Positions 1-6,722 of a DNA stretch of 38,957 nucleotides are shown here, piece by piece (position 1 is the stretch's first letter; every line of letters starts with the position of its first letter). Under the pieces are notes generated by a model. That model was not told the DNA's origin. It saw only the letters and a program-made list of their open reading frames with translations, and searched no databases. Origin of the DNA: a virus (taxonomy: Duplodnaviria > Caudoviricetes). Location of the stretch: positions 1 to 38,957 of the IMG/VR virus record IMGVR_UViG_3300022863_000001; one strand, written 5' to 3'. The position numbers and the translations under genes were made by a program.

Positions 1-127
1 ACCACCAGCGTGTGAGTGACTGGTTTGTTGGCGTTCCCTTCAATGGATTGAAGACGAGGATGGAGGTAAGGCGCGGTGTCAGTCGCGCATGATTGTGACT
101 TGGATGCGAGGCGCTCGGCTTCGTAGA
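1..127. repeat. Terminal direct repeat, copy 1 (127 bp, identical to 38831-38957); most likely an assembly overlap of a circular or circularly permuted genome
   Basis: Exact identity of the two ends; the terS reading frame continues through the join. Confidence 0.95.
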
Positions 128-359
128 TTAGTTTGGAGCGCTGCTCATTGGCCTTTTCATTATCGCCTTTGATGGCAACAGCAGCGGCTCGAGCATTCAA
201 AGCACGTGTGACATACCACATCATGTTGTCTTGCATCACTTGAAGCGGCGTAAGGTCGTTCTCTTTGATGACTGAGGCTTTGGCAGTGGAGACAACAGAA
301 CCAAGCGGCGCACGTTTGCGTCCTGACCCAGCTCTTGCTCCTCCGTTCTTCCCTGCCAT
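1..359 (-). CDS. terS: Terminase small subunit, 5' part (124 aa in total; continues across the join and ends at 38815)
   Basis: Hand translation MAGKNGGARAGSGRKR...LTPLQVM...APYLHPRLQSIE...; GGARxGxGR start and APYxHPRL motif typical of TerS; GAGGA RBS; directly upstream of terL; missing from ORF track because it is split. Confidence 0.8.
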   Translation of the reverse strand, partial: MAGKNGGARAGSGRKRAPLGSVVSTAKASVIKENDLTPLQVMQDNMMWYVTRALNARAAAVAIKGDNEKANEQRSKLIYEAERLASKSQSCATDTAPYLHPRLQSIEGNANKPVTHTLV

Positions 360-466
360 TTTTGTGATCCTCACAGTTTTCAGTTGGAAATGATGTTTTC
401 AGTTTTCACGGGGCCTTGCTGTAGGCTCGTGGCTGTGATAATGGACAGTCGCGCGCGCAGGTGCAA

Positions 467-497
467 TCGCTACATCGCTTTATGCTGTCTTGTAAAC
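467..497 (-). promoter_or_regulatory. Possible leftward promoter for the packaging/structural arm
   Basis: Minus-strand GTTTACAAG (497-489), same core as the early promoters; -10 element is weak (TAGCGA). Confidence 0.35.
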
Positions 498-534
498 AAA
501 AAAGTGCACTGCATGCTGATTTTTATGGGTAATA

Positions 535-850
535 ATATTCTGTTACGGACTAAGTAGGCACCACTCTTAGATAAAATGGCAGTTCGTAACACAATAATCT
601 GTGGGAAATATTCTGTTACGATATTCTGTTACGGACTAAGTGGGCACCTTATAAGGGAAATTTGACTTTCGTAACAGAATAAACAGAATTTTGCGCTATT
701 GTCGATATATTTTGAAAAGAGAAAAGATAAATTATATATAACAATAGGGAAAACGGGGCATATTCTGTTACGAAATTGTAAATTGCCTATGCAAATCAAT
801 AAGTTGCAGCCGTACACAATATCGTACAGAATAAAAAATATTCTGTTACG
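535..850. repeat. Iteron-like array of ATATTCTGTTACG in an AT-rich intergenic region; candidate replication origin
   Basis: Direct copies at 535, 608, 621, 760, 838; inverted copies at 670-681 (perfect 12-mer), 585-596 (1 mismatch), 811-822 and 823-833 (degenerate); 28-bp near-duplicate at 535-562 and 621-648. Confidence 0.85.
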
Positions 851-912
851 GAGCCCTAAAAGGTTAAAATTTAGCCTCCATCACATACCAAAACTATTTT
901 ATGTGGTCACGC

Positions 913-985
913 AAATAACCATTTACAACGCCAACGGACTGTGCTTATATGGTTCTTATCAAGTATCCTTGCTGAGGAAACTATC
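913..985 (+). promoter_or_regulatory. Early promoter P1 plus leader box CCTTGCTGAGG (967-977)
   Basis: AAATA-N4-TTTACA (922-927), TTATAT at 945-950, same architecture as the promoters at 3412, 6231 and 14622. Confidence 0.7.
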
Positions 986-1351
986 ATGACGAACAAACCA
1001 AAACCTAAAGTCGGAGACACATACCAGTGTGACGACTACGCTACTTTCCGCCTTAATCTCATAAAACATTGGTCCACAAAGTTCAAAACCAAGACTGAAC
1101 TTTTGCCTGGCCACTGGGTTTATTTGTGGCGTGATGTCAAAAGCCTTTCCTATCGTTACTCATTATCCACAGGGACAAAAGAGATTGATGTAGGCGCAAG
1201 CCCGTCTGCCGCCAATCTTATGAAGCTGATATGGATGCTTACTCCTCCTTATGGAGAGTGCGTAGGCTATTACCATAATGGCGACCCGCATTGGAAATCA
1301 CGTCACACCTGCCAATGGCCCGTGACCTGGGATAATGGAGACTTCAAATGA
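986..1351 (+). CDS. Hypothetical early protein
   Basis: ATG 986 after GAGGA RBS (track start 941 lies in the promoter); ATGA overlap with next gene. Confidence 0.7.
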   Translation: MTNKPKPKVGDTYQCDDYATFRLNLIKHWSTKFKTKTELLPGHWVYLWRDVKSLSYRYSLSTGTKEIDVGASPSAANLMKLIWMLTPPYGECVGYYHNGDPHWKSRHTCQWPVTWDNGDFK

Positions 1352-1725
1352 CTCGTGTCAATGTTGTTCCTGTTGAAGAATTGTGCGACAAACATTTGCT
1401 TGCTGAGTACCGTGAATTGCCTAGAGTGTTTAAACTTGCGCGCCAACGGCTACCAGGAGAAAAGTTTCCTACTGCTTATACCTTAGGTGCTGGGCACATT
1501 AAGTTCTTTTATGATAAGCTGTTGTTTCTCACAGCGCGGTTTACTGACATTGTAAATGAGTGTGAAAAGCGTGGTTTTAACATAAAGTATTTTTCTGTGT
1601 TAGAGTTTTTGACTTGGGCACCACCCATACTTTATAAAACTTGGACGCCAACACCCGAAGCCTTAGCGCTTAACCGCGCAAGACTTGCAGAACGTATTTC
1701 ACAATTTAAGAGGCCAAGCAAATGA
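1348..1725 (+). CDS. denV: Pyrimidine dimer DNA glycosylase / endonuclease V
   Basis: MTRVN...ELCDKHLLAEYRELPRVF and YTLGAGHIKFFYDKL closely match T4 endonuclease V motifs, including Thr2 and the catalytic Glu. Confidence 0.93.
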   Translation: MTRVNVVPVEELCDKHLLAEYRELPRVFKLARQRLPGEKFPTAYTLGAGHIKFFYDKLLFLTARFTDIVNECEKRGFNIKYFSVLEFLTWAPPILYKTWTPTPEALALNRARLAERISQFKRPSK

Positions 1726-1958
1726 GTGGACCTTATATTTTATGCCCTGGCGGTTGCGGCAAGAAGTTCATAAGTCAGGCGCACGCAGAAGCGCATGCTG
1801 ACCTTGAGCACAAAGACTGGAAGTTGCCTAAGGTGCCAAAACGAAAGGGCTGGGTAACTCCGTTCGGCTTTGTAGACTTTAAAGAACCTGTTACATATGA
1901 AGAGGCGGTTGAGACCTCGAGACTTATGCACGAGTTTATGAAAGCGAGCACCAAATGA
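1722..1958 (+). CDS. Small protein with C2H2-type zinc finger
   Basis: CPGGCGKKF...H...H = C-x3-C-x12-H-x4-H; coupled by ATGA overlaps on both sides. Confidence 0.7.
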   Translation: MSGPYILCPGGCGKKFISQAHAEAHADLEHKDWKLPKVPKRKGWVTPFGFVDFKEPVTYEEAVETSRLMHEFMKASTK

Positions 1959-2161
1959 GCAGAACCTATGACCTGCTGGCTGGCAGAAACCAGGTGCTCT
2001 TAAAGCGTGCCGAAGTTGATGCTTTGCCTGATAATGACCCAAGCAAAGAGTGCCAACAAGCGGTGTGTGATTTATTCATGGCCATAACCGAGCGCGATGT
2101 AAGACGACACAGGGCAATAGCACAACGGAGAAATGAGTATGGTAGCCAAAGCGAAAACTAA
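1955..2161 (+). CDS. Hypothetical protein
   Basis: ATGA-coupled to upstream gene, fills operon. Confidence 0.6.
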   Translation: MSRTYDLLAGRNQVLLKRAEVDALPDNDPSKECQQAVCDLFMAITERDVRRHRAIAQRRNEYGSQSEN

Positions 2162-2441
2162 ACCTGCCCCATCTAAGACCAAATCAAAACCGATACCAAT
2201 AGAAAATCCACGACGTCTGACAGAAGCAGGGGCCTTAGAGCTGGCCATTGCAGTTGCGCAGTGGTTTTATTATGAGAAGGACGAACCGATAATGTCAGAC
2301 GCCAACTATGATGCGCTTGAGGCGCGTTATAAAAAGTATCTCAAGAAGTCAAAAAGTCCTGGTGGAATTATGCCAGGCATTCTTGATAAGCCAGGTTCGC
2401 CTGATACAATAAAGACATTGCTTCTGATGTGGAGGCAGTGA
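2133..2441 (+). CDS. Standalone NAD+-dependent DNA ligase domain Ia-like protein
   Basis: YYEKDEPIMSDANYDALE matches the LigA domain Ia YY..d.P.isD.eYD.L motif; no adenylation domain follows; GGAG RBS. Confidence 0.75.
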   Translation: MSMVAKAKTKPAPSKTKSKPIPIENPRRLTEAGALELAIAVAQWFYYEKDEPIMSDANYDALEARYKKYLKKSKSPGGIMPGILDKPGSPDTIKTLLLMWRQ

Positions 2442-2716
2442 TGCGCATACCGGAAGCTATACAAAGGGAGTTGGATAAATGCGAAACGACGTGGGAAATA
2501 CGAGACGGCAAGAAACACAGGCAAGTGTGGGTAGCCGGGAAGTTTGTGGGGATATTCGCAACAAATGCCAAGAAGTCAACAACCGCAGGGCGTGGTGCAA
2601 AAGGTCTGTGCTCAGCTATTCAGAAGGCCGCGAGGGAAGCTTTAGATGGGTCCGTGCTGCCTAACCACCGGGTTTGTCCGGGTCATGCTTTAACAGAAGA
2701 AAGGAATACGCTATGA
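2441..2716 (+). CDS. Hypothetical protein (possible HicA/dsRBD-like fold)
   Basis: GGAGG RBS, TGATG coupling; WEIRDGKKHRQVWV resembles the HicA-type G..H motif, weak similarity only. Confidence 0.6.
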   Translation: MRIPEAIQRELDKCETTWEIRDGKKHRQVWVAGKFVGIFATNAKKSTTAGRGAKGLCSAIQKAAREALDGSVLPNHRVCPGHALTEERNTL

Positions 2717-2997
2717 TAGTTGCCTATTGCTATGCCGATGGAACATTGAAGTTCAATGGTAAGGTACCTGAGGGTGCCATTCAGGTATCCATTGCACCTG
2801 AGCGCCAACCTGACAAGAAGATGCGTGAGAACGACCAGGCAGTCAAGACCTGGCGTGAAAAGATTATCGCTCGCTGCCGCTTGGCATATGACAACAAGAC
2901 TTTATTGGTGCCAGGTATTCCTGAGGCAGACACAATGGACCAGAAACTTGATGCGTTGATGCGCTTTAGGCAAATTATTGGAGACTGTCATGCTTGA
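2713..2997 (+). CDS. Phage protein of the family often annotated as host nuclease inhibitor
   Basis: AYCYADG...VPEGA...RLAYDNKTLLVPGIPEA...DAL..F pattern recalled from this family; AAGGA RBS. Confidence 0.6.
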   Translation: MIVAYCYADGTLKFNGKVPEGAIQVSIAPERQPDKKMRENDQAVKTWREKIIARCRLAYDNKTLLVPGIPEADTMDQKLDALMRFRQIIGDCHA

Positions 2998-3316
2998 CCC
3001 TTTACCTTGGACTGAAGAAGAGAAAGACAGTATCATTGCCTGGTGGTCTGAGCAGAACAACAACAAGCCAATCAGTATGTCGACGAAAATGTTTCATAGG
3101 CTACTAGAAGGCGCGGCTGAGCGTGTTGTTGCTGACCGGGCCAATGAAATAAGGGTTCTTTATCCTTTTGTTAGGTCTGGCGACACTATCATTCCCATTG
3201 TGTCTGTTCGTGGAGATGAAACCATCATGCCTGCGCTGACAGGCGCCGCCAGAACCCTGGTCGGTAAGTTGCCTAAGCTCAAAGTCTCAACCTTCAAAGG
3301 AACCTCAAATGCGTAA
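2990..3316 (+). CDS. Hypothetical protein
   Basis: GGAG RBS, ATG 2990, operon position. Confidence 0.6.
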   Translation: MLDPLPWTEEEKDSIIAWWSEQNNNKPISMSTKMFHRLLEGAAERVVADRANEIRVLYPFVRSGDTIIPIVSVRGDETIMPALTGAARTLVGKLPKLKVSTFKGTSNA

Positions 3317-3413
3317 CATCATTCTCTACATCATCTTGGCTGCTTTTATGGCTGCATTACCAATTGCTTGTGTCTGGGTGGAAGGTGGACGACAAATTGA
3401 GCAGGACCAGTAA
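3309..3413 (+). CDS. 34-aa single-pass membrane peptide
   Basis: Hand translation MRNIILYIILAAFMAALPIACVWVEGGRQIEQDQ; AAGGA RBS; overlaps upstream stop. Confidence 0.55.
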   Translation: MRNIILYIILAAFMAALPIACVWVEGGRQIEQDQ

Positions 3414-3458
3414 AATAGACGTTTACTAAACCGCATCGCTTGCGGCAATCTTATACCC
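3412..3458 (+). promoter_or_regulatory. Early promoter P4, driving the structured RNA and primase-helicase
   Basis: AAAATAGACGTTTACT (-35 at 3422-3427), CAATCT at 3446-3451; inverted repeat CCGCA-N5-TGCGG (3431-3445) in the spacer. Confidence 0.65.
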
Positions 3459-3540
3459 GACAGCGGGCCAGTGCTGACTCTCCTCTATTACGCAGGAAGA
3501 TTGTCGCACCAACCCCTCAGCAAGGCGAAGGCCCGCTGTC
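3459..3540 (+). ncRNA. Candidate antisense regulatory RNA (conceptually like P1 C4 / P4 CI RNAs)
   Basis: Perfect 11-bp closing stem GACAGCGGGCC/GGCCCGCTGTC, internal hairpin 3471-3509, segment CCCCTCAGCAAGG (3513-3525) complementary to four RBS regions; begins at the predicted start site of P4. Confidence 0.7.
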
Positions 3541-3581
3541 ACCTAGTTCGCCGTGCTGGGGTCAAGTCTGAGGGGCTCAAG

Positions 3582-5684
3582 TTGACAAACAGTAATGCTA
3601 CACGTGAGAAGAAACTCGCGGAGGACAAACTCATATCTTCTGGTCTGACTGGTGCGGACGCGGGACTATTGAACCTGTCAGCTCATACAGGACCGAATGT
3701 GGCCACTATGAGTTCGTCCTTCCGCCAGTTGCCTGCGCTCAAAATCCCGTATTTCAATATCGACGGAACGCCGATGCGGCCTTGGCCTAAGCATCCTCAG
3801 TTCTACCGTATCAGGTATCTTGAAGAGCCGAAGGATTATAAGGCGCTTAAAGGTGAAAAGCCACAACGTTATGGTCAACCTGCCGAGACTGGTGTTGCTG
3901 CCTACTTCCCGCTCAACGCAGACTGGCAGTCCATTGCCAAGGATAAAGAGCGACCCATCATTATAACCGAGGGAGAATTGAAGGCAGCCAAGGCTTGTAA
4001 AGAGGGCTTTGCCTGCATCGGTCTCGGCGGCGTGTACAGCTTCAAGTCCTCAAGATATGGCGTCACATTCCTGCCTTGTCTTGATAAAGAAGTGGACTGG
4101 GTTGGTCGTCATGTGTTTGTCTGCTATGACAGCGACTTCCGCTCCAATCAAATGGTCTGCGCTGCTTTGGTTGAGCTGTGTGAAGAGCTTATGGAACGCG
4201 GGGCTTTCCCTCATGTTGTATGCTTACCTGACGTCATTGCCGGCGGCAAGACCGGGCTTGATGACTTCCTTGTTGCACAAGGTTCCAAAGAATTTACGAT
4301 GCTGCTTGAAGGAGCTTCGCCTTTAACACTGGCCAAGCCACTCTTTGAAATGAATAAGGGATTGGTTTATGTCAGAGACCCAGGTCTTGTGCTTGTTAAA
4401 AACCTTGGTCAGAAACTGGCACCTGCTGCATTTAAGGACCATGTGTACGCCAACCAAAATGTCGGCGAATATGTTTTTGGCCGTGATGGTGCAATCTCTT
4501 TAAGGAAAACATCTGCAGCAGGCTCTTGGCTTAAGTGGCCACTACGGTCCGAGGCTGCAAGGCTGACATACAAACCAGGCGCTGAGCGGCTTATCACAAC
4601 AGGGCAGGATTTGCCTGACTACAACCTTTGGTCTGGCTGGGGCTGCCAGCCTGAGAAGGGCGACGCTTCGCAATTCGTCAAGTTGGTAGACCATATCTTT
4701 ACCGGCGCTGAGAAGGGCGCCAAGGAGTGGTTCCTCAGTTGGTTGGCATATCCAATCAAATACCCAGGCGTCAAGCTTTACAGCTCTGTCGTCATTCATG
4801 GCATCAAGCACGGCACCGGTAAGTCATTGCTGGCCTATACAATGCAGGGGATTTATGGAAAGAACTTCACAGAGCTTAACCAGCGAGACTTGCACTCAGG
4901 GTTCAACGAGTGGGCAGAGTGCAAGCAGTTCGTCCTCGCCGACGATGTCACTGGTTCTAACAAACGTGAAGACGCGGACATTCTTAAAAAACTTATTACT
5001 CAAAAAACCATGCGCATCAATCAGAAATACGTACCTTCATACGAGGTGCCCGATGTGCTCAACTATTATTTCACTTCCAACCAACCTGACGCTGTGTTCC
5101 TTGAAGACGACGACAGACGATACTTCATCCATGAAGTTCGAGTGCCACCGTTGCTTGACGACTTTTACACTGAGTATGATTTGTGGCTTGAGTCAGGAGA
5201 AGGATACAGAACTGTCTTCCAATACCTGCTCGACTATGACACAGGAGACTTCAACCCGGCAGCCAGAGCCTTCCACACCTCAGCCAAAGACAGGATGGTA
5301 AGCGATGTCAAGTCTGACCTCGGTGCATTTGTTGCTAAACTTATCTCTGACCCGGACACGGTACTCCGAGTGGGCGAAAGCGCTGTTCTTGGAGATTTGT
5401 TCACGAACAAACAACTCCTTTCTATTTATGACCCAACGGGGCGGACTGGAACAACTGCAAATGGACTGGGACGAGAACTGCGAAGAGCCGGAGTGCCGCA
5501 AGTTCTGGATGGAAAAGTTGTCAGAGCTGGGCTTAGCGCCGACCGTTATTATATCCTTCGAGGCCAAACCAAGTGGCTTACCTCAGACCTCGCAGCAGTG
5601 ACGCGCTATGTCAACCAGCTTCAGTCTGGTATGACACAAGACGAGACACAACCTCAACCCAAAGCCAGAAGAAAGAAATACTGA
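3582..5684 (+). CDS. DNA primase-helicase (DUF3854-like TOPRIM domain plus SF3/D5-like helicase)
   Basis: ITEGELKAA, GLGGV, YDSD, KTGLDDFL primase motifs; Walker A HGTGKS, Walker B VLADD, FTSN; TTG start chosen for GAGGGG RBS. Confidence 0.88.
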   Translation: MTNSNATREKKLAEDKLISSGLTGADAGLLNLSAHTGPNVATMSSSFRQLPALKIPYFNIDGTPMRPWPKHPQFYRIRYLEEPKDYKALKGEKPQRYGQPAETGVAAYFPLNADWQSIAKDKERPIIITEGELKAAKACKEGFACIGLGGVYSFKSSRYGVTFLPCLDKEVDWVGRHVFVCYDSDFRSNQMVCAALVELCEELMERGAFPHVVCLPDVIAGGKTGLDDFLVAQGSKEFTMLLEGASPLTLAKPLFEMNKGLVYVRDPGLVLVKNLGQKLAPAAFKDHVYANQNVGEYVFGRDGAISLRKTSAAGSWLKWPLRSEAARLTYKPGAERLITTGQDLPDYNLWSGWGCQPEKGDASQFVKLVDHIFTGAEKGAKEWFLSWLAYPIKYPGVKLYSSVVIHGIKHGTGKSLLAYTMQGIYGKNFTELNQRDLHSGFNEWAECKQFVLADDVTGSNKREDADILKKLITQKTMRINQKYVPSYEVPDVLNYYFTSNQPDAVFLEDDDRRYFIHEVRVPPLLDDFYTEYDLWLESGEGYRTVFQYLLDYDTGDFNPAARAFHTSAKDRMVSDVKSDLGAFVAKLISDPDTVLRVGESAVLGDLFTNKQLLSIYDPTGRTGTTANGLGRELRRAGVPQVLDGKVVRAGLSADRYYILRGQTKWLTSDLAAVTRYVNQLQSGMTQDETQPQPKARRKKY

Positions 5685-5911
5685 TGCGTAAAACAGTTGA
5701 CATGCGCGAAGACGACCGGCTTTGGATTACCGTCTATCATCTTTACACCGACGGGTCTATGTACATTGAAGGCTGGATGCGTCCATTTCCGCAGGCTGGC
5801 GACATTATCATTGACCGGTCTGGAAACAGGTTCGAGGTTGTTTCATCTATGACCTCACGTGACCCTAACAAAAACTTTGAAGCGACTGTGAAACCGATGG
5901 TGAAGAAATGA
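5684..5911 (+). CDS. Hypothetical protein
   Basis: TGATG coupling with primase, ATGA coupling with next gene. Confidence 0.6.
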   Translation: MRKTVDMREDDRLWITVYHLYTDGSMYIEGWMRPFPQAGDIIIDRSGNRFEVVSSMTSRDPNKNFEATVKPMVKK

Positions 5912-6231
5912 GTAAGGAAAAAGACCTCTTATTGCTGGGTATTGTCAAAGCAAATCCGACCAAGCAAGACCTCAAGACTGCATATCTCCACAAAGCCAAG
6001 GTGCTTCATCCTGACATGCAAGGTGGAAGCCATGAGAAATTCCTTGCAGTTCAAACGGCATACCAACGCCTCATTACAGGCGTTTCACCTGGTAAGAAGA
6101 CTGCATTGAAACAGGTATGTCCTAACTGCAATGGCTCTGGAAAGCGCCCCGCCGGGTCTGCCGGTTTTGCCCCTATTTACCTACCATGCAGAAAGTGCTG
6201 CGGTCGCGGAAAAATAAGCATTTATAGCTGA
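5908..6231 (+). CDS. Small J-domain protein with DnaJ-type zinc finger
   Basis: LKTAY...LHPD..GGSHEKF..VQTAY J-domain; two CxxCxGxG motifs (CPNCNGSG, CRKCCGRG). Confidence 0.85.
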   Translation: MSKEKDLLLLGIVKANPTKQDLKTAYLHKAKVLHPDMQGGSHEKFLAVQTAYQRLITGVSPGKKTALKQVCPNCNGSGKRPAGSAGFAPIYLPCRKCCGRGKISIYS

Positions 6232-6302
6232 AAATAATCGTTTACAAGTGCACATTTGTGAGTTACAACTTAAATCACGACAACTTGCTGAGGGAAAAAA
6301 TC
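6231..6302 (+). promoter_or_regulatory. Early promoter P2 plus leader box CTTGCTGAGGG (6284-6294)
   Basis: AAAATAATCGTTTACAAGTG (-35 at 6241-6246), TACAAC at 6264-6269. Confidence 0.7.
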
Positions 6303-6701
6303 ATGTCTAAGGAAACCAAGCCGGAAGTATTTCCGAAGGAAATGGGCACGTGTGCCGACCTTCTTTGGAAGCTAGACCAAGAGCGTAAAGCCATTATCAA
6401 AAAGGCTGAGGCCATTGAGACCAGACAGGTTGCTTTACGTAAACACATCATTGACAACTTGCCTAAGTCCAAAGCCACTGGTGTTGCCGGTCGGTTAGCT
6501 CGCGTCAAGATTGACGTGAAGGAAATTCTCCAAGCCAAGGACTGGGACAAGGTCTATAAGTACATTCTTAAAGTCAAGCGCCCTGACTTGCTTCAGCGTC
6601 GTTTGTCTGAAGGTGCCATCAACGAAATTATCGAAGCAGGGCATGATGTGCCAGGTGTTGAGGTGTTTCGCTGCAAGGTTGTGTCGCTCGGTAAAATTTA
6701 A
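6303..6701 (+). CDS. Conserved phage replication-module protein (coiled coil plus C-terminal VPGV motif)
   Basis: GAGGG RBS; DWDKVYKYI...DLLQRRLS...VPGV pattern common in phage replication clusters. Confidence 0.75.
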   Translation: MSKETKPEVFPKEMGTCADLLWKLDQERKAIIKKAEAIETRQVALRKHIIDNLPKSKATGVAGRLARVKIDVKEILQAKDWDKVYKYILKVKRPDLLQRRLSEGAINEIIEAGHDVPGVEVFRCKVVSLGKI

Positions 6702-6722
6702 CATTTAACAAAGGAGACTACG

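Noticed and set aside
1-127. Physical terminal repeat of the virion DNA
   Set aside because: Length equals a common assembly k-mer and the repeat lies inside terS; an assembly overlap is more likely
535-850. CRISPR array
   Set aside because: Repeats are 13 bp, in both orientations and irregularly spaced (two are adjacent); no cas operon
629-989. ORFs 629-817 (-) and 699-989 (+)
   Set aside because: Run through the repeat array and P1 promoter, with no clear RBS and no recognisable motifs
1348-1725. Functional link between denV and possible 5mC DNA
   Set aside because: denV is common in phages with unmodified DNA; nothing in the sequence ties the two
3459-3545. tRNA gene
   Set aside because: Closing stem is 11 bp, there is no TTCGA T-loop or D-loop consensus, and the end is ACCT rather than NCCA
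3471-3581. N-terminal extension of the primase from GTG 3471
   Set aside because: No RBS, lies inside the structured RNA; TTG 3582 has a GAGGGG RBS
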